Assembly (NCBI GenBank): GCA_963807405.1
Contig: CAWEBU010000006.1
Span: forward strand, 1,726,527 to 1,790,526
DNA from: an uncultured Acidobacteriota bacterium
GTDB taxonomy: Bacteria > Acidobacteriota > Vicinamibacteria > Vicinamibacterales > UBA2999
Direction of reading: 5' to 3'
DNA: 64,000 bases
Shown: one piece after another, positions 26,360 through 36,560 of the stretch
Layout: each line of letters opens with the position of its first letter
Position numbering within the stretch: the stretch's first letter is position 1
Translations under genes and position numbers: made by a program
The notes under the pieces: generated by a model
Told to the model about the DNA's origin: nothing
Databases searched by the model: none
Seen by the model: the letters and a program-made list of their open reading frames with translations, nothing else

Positions 26360-27694
26360 ATGCCAGCGCGTCGCGCCGCGGTTCGCCTCCTGATGCTGGC
26401 CGTGGCCAGCGCCGGACTGGCGTCGTGGCCGGCCTCGGCCGGCGCCCAGGCGCTCACCATCGTGGCGCCCGCCGCGCCCGGCGGCGGCTGGGACCAGACG
26501 GCGCGGGCGCTGCAGCGTGCGTTCGCCTCCTTGACGCCGCCGCTCTCGGTGCAGGTCGAAAACGTCCCCGGCGCGGCCGGCACGATCGGGCTCGCGCGCT
26601 TTGCCAGCGCCGATCGCGGACGGCCGGACGCGCTGCTCGTGACCGGGCTGGTGATGGTCAGCGGGATCGTCGCCACGCGCTCGGTCGTGTCGCTGGCCGA
26701 CGTCACGCCGATCGCCCTGCTGACGGGCGAGCATGAGGTGATCGTCGTGCCCGCCGCGTCGCCGCACCGCACGCTGCAGGATCTCCTGGCAGCATTCCGC
26801 GCCGCTCCACGCAGCGTGTCGTGGGGTGGTGGCTCGGCTGGCGGCACCGACGACCTGCTGGCGCGTCTCGTGGCGGAGGCCGTCGGCGTGCCGCCCGCGG
26901 AGGTCAACTACGTGGCCTTCTCCGGCGGCGGTGAAGCGCTGGCCGCCCTGCTCGGAGGCCAGGTCACGGCCGGTGTGAGCGGGCTCGGCGAGTTCGCGCC
27001 GAGCATCGAGACCGGGCAGCTGCGCGCGCTCGCCATCTCTTCGCCGACCCGGGTCGCGGAACTCGACGCGCCGACGCTGCGCGAGGCCGGGGTGCCGCTC
27101 GATCTCGCCAACTGGCGCGCGGTCGTCGCGCCGCCCGGGGTCAGCGATATCGAGGCCACCGCCCTGGCGGCGCGCGTGCGGGAGGCCGTGCAGAGCGCGG
27201 CCTGGCGCGACACGCTCGCGCGCACCGGCTGGACCGACCTCTATCAGGACGGTCCGCAGTTCCGCCAGTTCCTGCTGGCCGAGCAGGCGCGCGTCAACGC
27301 CGTGCTCGCACGGCTGGCCGAGGGCGGCCCGGCCACGGCGAGCGCGTGGACGCCCACCGCCGCGACCGCACCGGCCGTCGCCCTGGCGTGCACCGCGCTC
27401 CTCGCGATCGGCTACGCCTGGCAGCGACGCGATGCCACACCCGAAGGTGTCGCACCCGGCGGGACGCGGCGCGTGACGATGATCGTTGGCGCCACGCTGC
27501 TCCACGCCCTGATCCAGCCGCTGACTGGTTTCGTGCCCACCGCCACGCTGGTCTTCGCCGCCGGCGCCGCCGCGCTCGGCAGCCACCGCCCGGCCCGTGA
27601 TGCCGCCGTCGGCGCGGCGGTCAGCATCGTCATCGCGGTGGTCTTCGCGGCCGGCCTCGGCGTGCCGCTGCCGCTCGGCGTGTGGTGGCCATGA
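26360..27694 (+). CDS. Tripartite tricarboxylate transporter substrate-binding protein (TctC/Bug family) fused to a TctB-like 4-TM segment
   Basis: Signal peptide [21 protein letters not shown]. Bug-family body (GGGWDQTAR..., [21 protein letters not shown]). The last ~125 aa form four hydrophobic helices. The stop overlaps the tctA ATG (ATGA). Confidence 0.75.
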   Translation: MPARRAAVRLLMLAVASAGLASWPASAGAQALTIVAPAAPGGGWDQTARALQRAFASLTPPLSVQVENVPGAAGTIGLARFASADRGRPDALLVTGLVMVSGIVATRSVVSLADVTPIALLTGEHEVIVVPAASPHRTLQDLLAAFRAAPRSVSWGGGSAGGTDDLLARLVAEAVGVPPAEVNYVAFSGGGEALAALLGGQVTAGVSGLGEFAPSIETGQLRALAISSPTRVAELDAPTLREAGVPLDLANWRAVVAPPGVSDIEATALAARVREAVQSAAWRDTLARTGWTDLYQDGPQFRQFLLAEQARVNAVLARLAEGGPATASAWTPTAATAPAVALACTALLAIGYAWQRRDATPEGVAPGGTRRVTMIVGATLLHALIQPLTGFVPTATLVFAAGAAALGSHRPARDAAVGAAVSIVIAVVFAAGLGVPLPLGVWWP

Positions 27695-29211
27695 ACGCGT
27701 TCGCGTCGCTCGCCGACGGCTTCGTGCAGGCGCTCACGCCGGCGCACCTCGCGTGGGGCGCGATCGGGGTCACGCTCGGGACGGCGGTGGGCGTCCTGCC
27801 CGGGATCGGCCCGGCCCTCACCGTGGCGCTGCTGCTGCCCGCCACCTACGGACTCGATCCGACCAGCGCGTTCATCATGTTCGCCGGCATCTACTACGGC
27901 GGCATGTACGGCGGATCGACGACGTCGATCCTCCTGAACACGCCGGGCGAGAGCTCCACCATCGTCACGGCGCTCGAAGGGCATCAGATGGCGCGGCGCG
28001 GGCGGGCCGGCGCGGCGCTGGCCACGTCAGCCATCGGCAGCTTCATCGCCGGCACGCTCGGCACCATCGGCCTGACGGTGGCCGCTCCGGCCATGGCGCA
28101 GCTGGCGCTCGCCTTCGGGCCGGCCGAGTACTTCGCCCTGATCCTGCTCGCCTTCGTGGCCACCTCGACGCTGCTCGGCGAGTCAAGGACGGCCGGCCTG
28201 CTCGGTCTGTTCGCCGGGGTGGTGCTGGGGCTGGTCGGCATCGATCGGCTGAGCGGCGAGGCGCGCCTCACCTTCGGCGTGCCCTACCTGCTCGACGGGC
28301 TCGACCCGACGATTGTCGCCATCGGGCTGTTCGCCGTCGGCGAGACGCTCACGCTCGCCGCCGCGACGCCGCGCGGCCACGAGGTGCTGGCCCTCGAGCG
28401 CACGCGCTGGATGACGCGCGACGACTGGGCGCGTTCCTGGAAGCCGTGGCTGCGTGGCACGGTCATCGGCTTCCCGCTCGGCGCGCTGCCGGCCGGCGGC
28501 GCCGAGCTGCCGACGCTGCTCTCGTACGCGGTCGAGAAACGACTGGCACGACGGCCCGAGGAGTTCGGCGCGGGCGCGATCGAAGGCGTGGCCGGTCCTG
28601 AGGCGGCCAACAACGCCTCGGCCGCCGGCACGCTCGTGCCGCTGCTGACGCTCGGCCTGCCGGCCTCGGCGACGGCGGCCGTCCTGCTCGCGGCGTTCCA
28701 GCAGTTCGGCCTGCAGGCGGGACCGCTGCTCTTCGAGCGCGAGCCGGAGTTCGTGTGGACGCTCATCGCCAGCCTCTACGTGGGCAACGTGCTGCTGCTC
28801 GTGCTCAACCTGCCGCTGGTGCGGTTGTGGGTGCAGCTGCTGCGCATTCCGGCACCCTGGCTCTACGGCGGCATCCTCGTCGTGGCGACGGTCGGTGCCT
28901 GGAGCGTGCACCGGGCGGCCGGCGACATCGTGGCGCTCGTCGTCATCGGCCTGCTCGGCTTCGTCCTGCGCCGCGTCGGCTGTCCGCTGGCGCCGGTCAT
29001 GATCGGCTTCATGCTCGGACCGGCCGCCGACATGCACCTGCGGCGGGCGCTGGCGGTCGGCGACGGCGCCTGGACGTCGCTCGTCCTGAGGCCGGGCGCG
29101 GGCGCGCTGCTCGCCATCTGCGCGCTGGTCGCCGTCGGCCCGTCACTGTGGCGGACATGGCGGCGGGACCGGCCGCCGGCCGGCGGCGTCCAAGGGACAG
29201 GGCTACACTGA
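27691..29211 (+). CDS. tctA: Tripartite tricarboxylate transporter large permease TctA
   Basis: About 506 aa. Motifs [35 protein letters not shown] and AGPEAANNA are typical TctA blocks. Confidence 0.85.
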   Translation: MNAFASLADGFVQALTPAHLAWGAIGVTLGTAVGVLPGIGPALTVALLLPATYGLDPTSAFIMFAGIYYGGMYGGSTTSILLNTPGESSTIVTALEGHQMARRGRAGAALATSAIGSFIAGTLGTIGLTVAAPAMAQLALAFGPAEYFALILLAFVATSTLLGESRTAGLLGLFAGVVLGLVGIDRLSGEARLTFGVPYLLDGLDPTIVAIGLFAVGETLTLAAATPRGHEVLALERTRWMTRDDWARSWKPWLRGTVIGFPLGALPAGGAELPTLLSYAVEKRLARRPEEFGAGAIEGVAGPEAANNASAAGTLVPLLTLGLPASATAAVLLAAFQQFGLQAGPLLFEREPEFVWTLIASLYVGNVLLLVLNLPLVRLWVQLLRIPAPWLYGGILVVATVGAWSVHRAAGDIVALVVIGLLGFVLRRVGCPLAPVMIGFMLGPAADMHLRRALAVGDGAWTSLVLRPGAGALLAICALVAVGPSLWRTWRRDRPPAGGVQGTGLH

Positions 29212-29230
29212 TCCCAGGATTCCCACCGTC

Positions 29231-29833
29231 ATGTCCACCCAGCCATCGGCCCCGCTCGTCGTCGCCATCACTGGTGCCACCGGCATCGTCTACGGAGTCC
29301 GGATGCTCGAGCGGCTGCGCGAGGCCGGCGTCGGCTCGCATCTCGTGATGAGCAAGTGGGCCATCCAGACGATGCTGCAGGAAACCGACTACACGGTCGA
29401 GGGCGTGAAGCGCCTGGCCACCGAGGTGCACAGCCCCGAGGACTTCGGCGCGTCGATCTCGAGTGGCAGCTTCGTGACGCGCGGCATGGTGGTGGCCCCG
29501 TGCAGCATGCGGACGCTGGCCGCCATCTCGACCGGCAGCGGCAGCACCCTCGTGCACCGCGCCGCGGATGTCGTCCTCAAGGAGCGCCGGCGGTTGGTGC
29601 TGGTGCCGCGTGAAGCGCCGCTCAGCGACATCCATCTCGAACACATGCTGCGGCTGTCGCGCATGGGCGCCGTGATCTTCCCGCCGGTGCCGGCGTTCTA
29701 CCAGCGCCCGGAGAGCGTGGCCGACATCGTCGACCACACGGTGATGCGCGTGCTCGACCAGTTCGGCCTGCACGCCGACACCGCCGGACGGTGGAGCGGC
29801 CGCACGGCGGCGCCGCTCGGCGCGCGCGGCTGA
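29231..29833 (+). CDS. ubiX: Flavin prenyltransferase UbiX
   Basis: 200 aa. Motifs VVAITGATGIVYG, VVAPCSMRTLAAISTG and RRLVLVPREAPL. Confidence 0.9.
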   Translation: MSTQPSAPLVVAITGATGIVYGVRMLERLREAGVGSHLVMSKWAIQTMLQETDYTVEGVKRLATEVHSPEDFGASISSGSFVTRGMVVAPCSMRTLAAISTGSGSTLVHRAADVVLKERRRLVLVPREAPLSDIHLEHMLRLSRMGAVIFPPVPAFYQRPESVADIVDHTVMRVLDQFGLHADTAGRWSGRTAAPLGARG

Positions 29834-29895
29834 CGGCCGCTCGCCCGCGTCCCGCGCCTGTCGCGACCGGCGCGGCGGTGGTTTACACTCGCCGC

Positions 29896-31923
29896 ATGCG
29901 CATCCGCCTGGCTCTTGCCGCCTCGTTCGTCACTGCCCTCGCCGGCTGTTCCTCACCGGCCGAGTCGCCGGCACCGGCCGCCGCCCCGGCCTCCGCCGAG
30001 CGTCAGTACCTGCTCGAGCGGGTCGACGACGCGGCAGTCGTCCAGCTCTACGCCGACGGCTTCACGAACCTGCCCCTCAACGAGAAGCGGCTCGTCTACC
30101 ACCTCACACAGGCGGCCATCGCGGGGCGGGACATCTACTGGGATCAGCGCTACGAGCACGGGCTCGCGATGCGCGGCGTGGTCGAGCAGATCGTGACCCA
30201 CAGCGACGGCATCGCGCCCGAGACGCTGGCCGAGATCACGCGCTACACCAAGCTCCTGTGGCTCAACTCCGGCCCCTACAACAACCTGACCGCGCGCAAG
30301 TTCGTGATGCACGCCACGCCGGAGGCGTTTGCCGCGGCGGCGGCGCAGGCGGCCAGGAACGGCGCCACCTTCGCCACGGCCCCCGGCGAATCGCTCGACC
30401 AGATGCTGGCGCGGATGCGGCCGCTCTTCTTCGACGCCACGGTCGATCCGATGGTGACCCAGAAGACGCCCGAGGGCGGCCGGGACATCCTGCAGGCGAG
30501 CGCCAACAATCTCTACAGCGGCGTCGCCATGTCCGATCTCGAGGGCTTCACCGAGCAGCACGGCCTCAACTCGCGCCTGGTGAAGCAGAACGGCCGGCTG
30601 GTGGAAGAGGTCTACAAGGTGGGCGGCCGCTACGACGTCCAGATTCGCGCCATCGTCGGCCATCTCGAAGCGGCCCAGGCCTTCGCCACGCCGACGATGA
30701 AGGAGGCGCTGGCGAAGCTCGTGCAGTGGTACCGCACCGGCGACGACGCCGATCGCAAGGCCTACGACATCGCCTGGGTCAACGACAAGGCGTCGCCGGT
30801 CGACACGATCAACGGCTTCATCGAGGTCTACCTCGACGCGCGCGGGGTCAAGGGCGCCTGGGAGGCCCTCGTCTACTACGTCAACCGCGAGAAGACGGTC
30901 GACATCGAGAAGCTCGCCGTCAACGCACAGTGGTTCGAGGACCGCATGCCGTGGGCGCCGGAGTTCCGGAAGGCCGGCGTGAAGGGCATCACGGCCACCG
31001 CCATCGACGTCGTCATCGAGACCGGCGAGTCAGGGCCGATCACGCCGGTCGGCATCAACCTGCCCAACGACCAGCGGGTGCGCGAAGAGCACGGCAGCAA
31101 GTCGGTGTCGCTCTCGAACGTGACCGAGGCCTACGACAAGTCGACGGTGCCCGAGTTCCGGCGCGAGTTCGCCTGGGCGCCCGAGGAAGTGGCGCGGGCC
31201 GACAAATGGAGCGCCTTCGCCGGCGAGCTGACGACCAACATGCACGAGGTGATCGGACACGCCTCAGGCAAGGTCAGCGACAAGGTCGGCGGCAATCCGG
31301 CGACGCTCCTCAAGGAGCAGTACTCGGCGCTCGAGGAAGGCCGCGCCGACCTGATCGCGCTCTATTTCATCGCCGATCCGAAGCTGGCCGAACTCGGCAT
31401 CCTGAAGGCCGAGGACCAGGCCGACATCGTCCTGACCGAGTACGAGTCCTACACCAAGAACGCGCTCGTGCAGCTGCGCCGGGTCCGCCAGGGCAGCCAG
31501 ATCGAAGAAGACCACATGCGCAACCGCCAGATGATCGTGCGCTGGCTGATGGCCAACACCAAGGCCATCGACGTGCGGCAGCGCGATGGCAAGACGTTCT
31601 ACGTGATGACCGACGCGACGGCGTTCCGCGACGGCGTGGGCCGGCTGCTGGGGGAGGTGCAGCGCATCAAGAGCATGGGCGACTACCCGGCGGCCAAGGC
31701 GCTGTTCGAGGCGCACGGCGTGCACTTCGATCCGGCCCTGCGCGACGAGGTGGTGGCACGGGTCGATCGCCTGCACCTGCCGTCCTACTCGGGCTTCGTG
31801 ATGCCGCGGCTGACGGCCGCCACCGACGGCAGCGGCGCCATCACCGACGTGACGATCTCGTACCCCAGGGACCTGGCGGCGCAGATGCTGGAGTACTCCA
31901 GGGTCGCTGCCAGCCTGAAGTAG
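29896..31923 (+). CDS. Dipeptidyl-peptidase III-like M49 metallopeptidase, lipoprotein
   Basis: Lipobox LAGCS after MRIRLALAASFVTA. HEVIGH (HExxGH) and EEGRAD motifs are characteristic of M49. The start at ATG 29896 is inferred inside the longer track ORF. Confidence 0.8.
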   Translation: MRIRLALAASFVTALAGCSSPAESPAPAAAPASAERQYLLERVDDAAVVQLYADGFTNLPLNEKRLVYHLTQAAIAGRDIYWDQRYEHGLAMRGVVEQIVTHSDGIAPETLAEITRYTKLLWLNSGPYNNLTARKFVMHATPEAFAAAAAQAARNGATFATAPGESLDQMLARMRPLFFDATVDPMVTQKTPEGGRDILQASANNLYSGVAMSDLEGFTEQHGLNSRLVKQNGRLVEEVYKVGGRYDVQIRAIVGHLEAAQAFATPTMKEALAKLVQWYRTGDDADRKAYDIAWVNDKASPVDTINGFIEVYLDARGVKGAWEALVYYVNREKTVDIEKLAVNAQWFEDRMPWAPEFRKAGVKGITATAIDVVIETGESGPITPVGINLPNDQRVREEHGSKSVSLSNVTEAYDKSTVPEFRREFAWAPEEVARADKWSAFAGELTTNMHEVIGHASGKVSDKVGGNPATLLKEQYSALEEGRADLIALYFIADPKLAELGILKAEDQADIVLTEYESYTKNALVQLRRVRQGSQIEEDHMRNRQMIVRWLMANTKAIDVRQRDGKTFYVMTDATAFRDGVGRLLGEVQRIKSMGDYPAAKALFEAHGVHFDPALRDEVVARVDRLHLPSYSGFVMPRLTAATDGSGAITDVTISYPRDLAAQMLEYSRVAASLK

Positions 31924-31960
31924 CCAGGCGACGCGGCAGCCGTGGCATGATCGGCCGGGA

Positions 31961-32263
31961 ATGACGACTCGCTCTCATCGCGCCGGGCAGACGGTGGAAG
32001 ACTACTGCCGCGCCTGTCACGTCGACCGTCTGCACACCATCGTCGTCGTCGACGGCAACGGGCGGCCGCTGCGGGTCACCTGCGACTACTGCCGCAGCGA
32101 GCACAACTTCCGTGGCGGCGCCCGCACCGCGGTCGCCGGCGCTCCGACGCGGAGCGCCGAGCCAGGACGGCCGCTCGACGCCGCCGGCCGCGTCGAGGCG
32201 CCGCCTCCCCGTCCCCACCCCTGCCGCTCGTCAGCGAGCGCGAGATCTCGGAGCCCGCCATGA
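31961..32263 (+). CDS. Small hypothetical protein with an N-terminal CxxC...CxxC zinc-ribbon-like motif
   Basis: DYCRACH...CDYCRSEH in the first 50 aa; the rest is low-complexity. Its stop overlaps the next ATG. The extent is uncertain. Confidence 0.35.
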   Translation: MTTRSHRAGQTVEDYCRACHVDRLHTIVVVDGNGRPLRVTCDYCRSEHNFRGGARTAVAGAPTRSAEPGRPLDAAGRVEAPPPRPHPCRSSASARSRSPP

Positions 32264-32616
32264 GTGACACGCCTGCCGCCGGTCTCGAAGCGCTGCTCAG
32301 GCGCATCATTCGCGAAGAATCGGGTCTCACGCCGTCGGCGCCAGCCGAGAAGTGGCGCGGCGGCGATCTCGTGCTCCGTCCGGGCAAGCCGGGCGTGCAG
32401 GAGAAGGTGGTGCCGATCGAGACCTTCTTCCACAAGATCGTGATGCTTCGGAACCGTCTGCGTACGCTCGAGCAGCAGGTCAACGCCTCCGACCTGCCCG
32501 ACGATCAGAAGCTGAAGATCCAGAGCTACATCACCGGCTGCTACGGGTCGCTGACGAGTTTCAACGTGCTCTTTGCCGACGAGGCCGATCGCTTCGTCGG
32601 CGCGGCGAGCGACTAG
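32260..32616 (+). CDS. Hypothetical protein (118 aa)
   Basis: The ATG overlaps the upstream stop. The composition is non-repetitive (FFHKIVMLRNRLRTLEQQVN...), with a lower local GC3 bias than shadow ORFs. No family recognised. Confidence 0.5.
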   Translation: MSDTPAAGLEALLRRIIREESGLTPSAPAEKWRGGDLVLRPGKPGVQEKVVPIETFFHKIVMLRNRLRTLEQQVNASDLPDDQKLKIQSYITGCYGSLTSFNVLFADEADRFVGAASD

Positions 32617-32629
32617 GGCCCGGCCCCCA

Positions 32630-34030
32630 ATGGCACGCATACTGCGCCGCTGTCGTGCCAACGGGGGCTGGGCTCTGCTCACTGTTTGCGGACTCATCGC
32701 CGCGGCGACGCTCGGCGCCCAGCCGAAGCCGCGGGCGCGCGCTCTTGGCGTGCCGTTCCACGGCAGGCCCGGTCCGCTCAACGCCATCACCGATGTCGAC
32801 GGCGTCGAAGTCGGCCATGCCACCATCGTGCGCGGCGACGGGCCGCTCGTGGTCGGCCAGGGCCCGGTGCGCAGCGGCGTCACGGCCATCTGGCCGCGTG
32901 GCAAGCGGTGGGCGCCGGTCTTCGCCGGCTGGTTCGCCGGCAACGGCTTCGGCGAGATGACCGGGGTCCCCTGGGTCGTCGAAGGCGGGGTGCTCGGCGG
33001 CCCCGTCATGATCACGGGGACCTACTCGGTCGGCGTCGTGCGCGACAGCGTCAACAGCTACTTCCACGAGGTGCTGAAGACGCCGATCCCCTGGCACCAG
33101 CCGGTGGTCGGGGAGACCTCCGATGCCTTCCTGAACGACGGGCAGGGCCAGCACGTGACCAGGGCCCACGCCTTCGAGGCACTCAGCAGCGCCCGGGGCG
33201 GCGCGGTGACCGAAGGCAACGTCGGCGGCGGCACCGGCATGGTGGCGCACGGCTTCAAGGCCGGCATCGGCACCTCGAGCCGCGTCGTCGGTCAGCATGT
33301 CGTGGGCGTGCTCGTGCAGGCCAACTACGGCTCGCGCGACAGTCTGACGGTGGCCGGCGTGCCGGTGGGCCGCGAGGTGATCGGCGCCGAGCGGCAGCGG
33401 GCGCCGGCGCCGCCGGCCGATCGCGACGGCTCGATCATCGTCGTCGTCGCCACCACCGCCCCGCTCCTGCCCCACCAGCTCGAACGCCTTGCCCGCCGGG
33501 TGCCGATGGGCATCGCGCGCCTGGGCGGCACCGCCGCCAACGGATCGGGCGACATCTTCCTCGCCTTCTCCACGGCCAATCCCGGCGCCGCCGCTGAAAC
33601 CGGCACCACCGCCATCGCGTGGCTGCCGAATGGCGATCTCTCGCCGTTCTTCGAAGCCACAGTGGACGCCACCGAAGAAGCCATCGTCAACGCGCTCGTC
33701 GCCGCCGAGACCATGACCGGTATCAACGGCAACACGGCCCACGCGCTGCCGCTCGATCAGCTGCGGAGCATTCTCAGGAAGTACCGGCCGGCTCACACCG
33801 TAGACGGGTTCACGGCACCGGTCGGCGCTCGAGCGACGCAAGACCGGTCTTGCGCCGGATCGCGCTCACGAGATTGCCGCGCCGCCCGTAGCGCAACGCG
33901 ACGAGCGGCGCGTAGGGATGGATGCCCGCCGCCATGGCCATCGCCGCCACCGGCCGGAAGGCCAGGGCGCGCAGCCCCGCCAGCCAGGCGGTGCCGAAGC
34001 GGAAGCCGTTGGCGTCGCGTTCGCCGGTGA
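32630..34030 (+). CDS. S58/DmpA-family (L-aminopeptidase/D-esterase-like) peptidase; 3' end doubtful
   Basis: Signal-like N-terminus. GNVGGGTGMVAHGFKAGIGTSS and IIVVVATTAPL blocks are typical of the DmpA/BapA family. After ...LRKYRP the ORF runs about 220 nt into the convergent GT2 gene with low-complexity sequence. This suggests a lost stop or a terminal frameshift; a TAG lies at 33801 in another frame. Confidence 0.65.
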   Translation: MARILRRCRANGGWALLTVCGLIAAATLGAQPKPRARALGVPFHGRPGPLNAITDVDGVEVGHATIVRGDGPLVVGQGPVRSGVTAIWPRGKRWAPVFAGWFAGNGFGEMTGVPWVVEGGVLGGPVMITGTYSVGVVRDSVNSYFHEVLKTPIPWHQPVVGETSDAFLNDGQGQHVTRAHAFEALSSARGGAVTEGNVGGGTGMVAHGFKAGIGTSSRVVGQHVVGVLVQANYGSRDSLTVAGVPVGREVIGAERQRAPAPPADRDGSIIVVVATTAPLLPHQLERLARRVPMGIARLGGTAANGSGDIFLAFSTANPGAAAETGTTAIAWLPNGDLSPFFEATVDATEEAIVNALVAAETMTGINGNTAHALPLDQLRSILRKYRPAHTVDGFTAPVGARATQDRSCAGSRSRDCRAARSATRRAARRDGCPPPWPSPPPAGRPGRAAPPARRCRSGSRWRRVRR

Positions 34031-34766
34031 TGGCGGCGCTCGCCAGCGCCTGGTCGCGGAACCGCGGATCGCCCTGCATGGCGGCGGCGAGGCGGTCGTG
34101 CTCCGGACAGGCGTCGGCACGGTAGCTGCGATCGCGGGCACTGGACGGCACCGCGAGCACCGTGGCCCGCGCATGGAAGCGCATCCGCGCACCAGTCTGC
34201 CAGGCCCGGAAGAGCCAGTCCTGCGAGGGCGTCACGAAGAGGTCGCGGGCCGATCGCCACGGTCCGACGCGCTCGGCCAGGGCGCGTGTGAACACCCACG
34301 CCGACGCGAACACGAACACCCGTGGGTCGTAGTCGTCCCCGAGCGGCACCCCGCTCAAGCGAAAGCGGGAGCCTCCGTCCTGGCCGGAGGTGGACGGCGG
34401 CAGCGCGACGAGCAGCGGCGACCACACCAGGTCGGCCGCTTCGCGCTCGAGCTGCGCGAGGCTCGAGCTCAGATGGTCCGGAAAGAAGAGGTCGTCGTGG
34501 TTGAGGAACGCCACGTAGGTGCCGCGCGCACGCCTGAGACCCTCGTTGTTCGGCGCCGATTGCTCCCCGGCGTTGACCGCCAGGTTGACGAACGTGACGC
34601 GCGGATCGGCGAAGGCGGCCACGACCTCCGCGCTGTCGTCGGTGCAGCCATCACCGACCACGATCAGCTCCCAGTCGGTCACGGTCGAGCGCCGGACGCT
34701 CTCGATCGCATGGGCGAGCAGCCGCGCACGGTTGAAGGTGGCGACGACGATCGAGACGCGTGGCAT
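33810..34766 (-). CDS. Family 2 glycosyltransferase
   Basis: MPRVSIVVATFNRARLL...LIVVGDGCTDDS...FLNHDD are classic GT2 motifs. The start at ATG 34766 is preferred over 34817. Confidence 0.8.
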   Translation of the reverse strand: MPRVSIVVATFNRARLLAHAIESVRRSTVTDWELIVVGDGCTDDSAEVVAAFADPRVTFVNLAVNAGEQSAPNNEGLRRARGTYVAFLNHDDLFFPDHLSSSLAQLEREAADLVWSPLLVALPPSTSGQDGGSRFRLSGVPLGDDYDPRVFVFASAWVFTRALAERVGPWRSARDLFVTPSQDWLFRAWQTGARMRFHARATVLAVPSSARDRSYRADACPEHDRLAAAMQGDPRFRDQALASAAITGERDANGFRFGTAWLAGLRALAFRPVAAMAMAAGIHPYAPLVALRYGRRGNLVSAIRRKTGLASLERRPVP

Positions 34767-34821
34767 GGACGACGGCTGGGGGCGCACCGAAGGGGACCGC
34801 GGTAAGCATACAATCATCGCC

Positions 34822-36024
34822 GTGCGTCACGTGGCAGTGCTCGGCGCCGGCATCATGGGAGCGTCGACCGCACTCTTCCTGGCGCGCGATGGCGTGCGGG
34901 TGACGGTGTTCGACGCGGCGGCTTCGCCCTGCGCCGGGGCCAGCCGCTGGAACGAAGGCAAGATTCACCTCGGCCACCTCTACGCCGCCGATCCGTCACT
35001 GCGTACGGCCGCGCGGCTGCTGCCCGGGGGCCTCGCCTTCAAGCGCCTCGTCGAGTCGCTGATCGAGCAGTCGATCGGGGACGCGATCTCGCCGTCCGAC
35101 GATCTGTATCTGGTGCATCGCGACTCGGTCGTCGGACGCGACGATGCCGGCCGCTACTACGACGCCGTCACGGCGCTGGCCGCCGCCCATCCGGATGCCG
35201 GCGCCTATCTGGCACCGATCGGGCAGACGCGCGCCGAGCGCCTGGCACCCGCCGCGCTCGAGGCCGTCTGCGACACCGCGGTGATCGAGGCGGGCTTCCG
35301 CGTGCCCGAGCGCTCGGTCGCCACCGGCTGGATCGCCGACCGCCTCGCGGCTGCGCTCACTGCGCACGCAGGTGTGACGCTGCGGCTTGGCAGCGTCGTC
35401 ACCGGCGTGGAGACCGGAGCCGCGGGACTCGATGGCCCGCTCCGCGTGCGGACGCAGTCCGGTGTGGAGGGTCCCTACGACGCCGTCGTCAACGCGCTCT
35501 GGGAAGGACGGCTTGCAGTGGATGCCTCCGTCGGTCTCGCCGCGCCGGCCACGTGGAGCCATCGCTACCGCGTGTCGGTGTTCCTGCGCACGACCACGCC
35601 GGTGACGCTGCCGAATGCGGTCATCGCGACCGGCCCTTACGGGGACGCGAAGAACTACAACGGGCGCGATCTGTATCTGTCGTGGTACCAGGACGGCCTG
35701 CTCGCCGATGGCCACGGCCTCACACCGCCGGCCGTCCCCGCGCTGGACGACAAGGAGCAAAGCGCGCTCGCGGACCAGGTGATGACGCACCTCGGCGCCG
35801 TGGTTCCGGCAGTCTCGTCGCTGCCGGCCATCACCGAGACGCGGCGCGTGGCGGGCGGATGGGTCTACGCCGCCGGTCGGGGCCCACTCGACGACCGCAC
35901 CTCGACTCTTCACCGTCGTGACGCCATCGGTATCGTGCGGCGTGGACGCTACGTGTCGGCCGACACCGGCAAGTACTCGGTGGCGCCGTGGCTGGCCCGT
36001 GCCATCGCCGACGACCTGGCGTGA
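34822..36024 (+). CDS. FAD-dependent oxidoreductase (DAO-like)
   Basis: Dinucleotide-binding motif VAVLGAGIMGASTALFLARDG right after the proposed GTG start. The upstream part of the track ORF is a shadow of the divergent GT2 gene. Confidence 0.7.
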   Translation: MRHVAVLGAGIMGASTALFLARDGVRVTVFDAAASPCAGASRWNEGKIHLGHLYAADPSLRTAARLLPGGLAFKRLVESLIEQSIGDAISPSDDLYLVHRDSVVGRDDAGRYYDAVTALAAAHPDAGAYLAPIGQTRAERLAPAALEAVCDTAVIEAGFRVPERSVATGWIADRLAAALTAHAGVTLRLGSVVTGVETGAAGLDGPLRVRTQSGVEGPYDAVVNALWEGRLAVDASVGLAAPATWSHRYRVSVFLRTTTPVTLPNAVIATGPYGDAKNYNGRDLYLSWYQDGLLADGHGLTPPAVPALDDKEQSALADQVMTHLGAVVPAVSSLPAITETRRVAGGWVYAAGRGPLDDRTSTLHRRDAIGIVRRGRYVSADTGKYSVAPWLARAIADDLA

Positions 36025-36084
36025 GGGCAGGGACACGATGGAGGTTCACCGCTGCCACCGCCTGGGCTGCTAGGATTACTGCAC

Positions 36085-36161
36085 GCGCCCGTAGCTCAGT
36101 CGGATAGAGCACCGGCCTTCTAAGCCGGGGGTCGCAGGTTCGATCCCTGCCGGGCGCGCCA
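36085..36161 (+). tRNA. tRNA-Arg (anticodon UCU), CCA encoded
   Basis: Hand-folded cloverleaf. Acceptor GCGCCCG/CGGGCGC. D arm GCTC-AGTCGGATA-GAGC. Anticodon arm CCGGC-CTTCTAA-GCCGG (anticodon TCT). T arm GCAGG-TTCGATC-CCTGC. Discriminator G plus CCA. Confidence 0.9.
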
Positions 36162-36178
36162 GGACCTCACGGTCCTGC
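36160..36178 (+). terminator. Short hairpin immediately after the tRNA (CAGGACC-tcac-GGTCCTG)
   Basis: A perfect 7-bp stem with a 4-nt loop, seen directly. There is no U-tract, so terminator function is uncertain. Confidence 0.3.
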
Positions 36179-36240
36179 CTGCGCCCACGCCACGGCTCAG
36201 GACCGCCGCCACGTCCTGCGGCCATCGCGATCGGGCACGC

Positions 36241-36255
36241 CCCTGCCGGGCGCGC
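36241..36255 (+). repeat. 15-nt exact duplicate of the tRNA-Arg 3' end (CCCTGCCGGGCGCGC), att-like
   Basis: Identical to 36145..36159 inside the tRNA T-stem and acceptor stem, and located 96 nt downstream. Confidence 0.6.
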
Positions 36256-36560
36256 TACGTCCCACCATCGTCTTTTCGTTCCAGCAACTGCGCTGAGACG
36301 GCGCGGCTGACGACGAGCGGCTCACGTCCTCACGATACGGACGTCGTGCCTCCACGACCAACTGTCGCTCCGACAACAAGGAGTGCCACGTCTACCCACT
36401 GTGGGGGTACGGGCGCCACTATTGGCCCGACGGGCACCCTACTGTCGTTGCCATAGAAATAGGAGAGGGGTGCGTCCCCGAGCGACGGTGGCTGGCCTGC
36501 ATCGTGCACAGCAGTGTTCAGTTCGTCGCGTGGAGCGGCGACCACTCTAGGAGGTAACCC

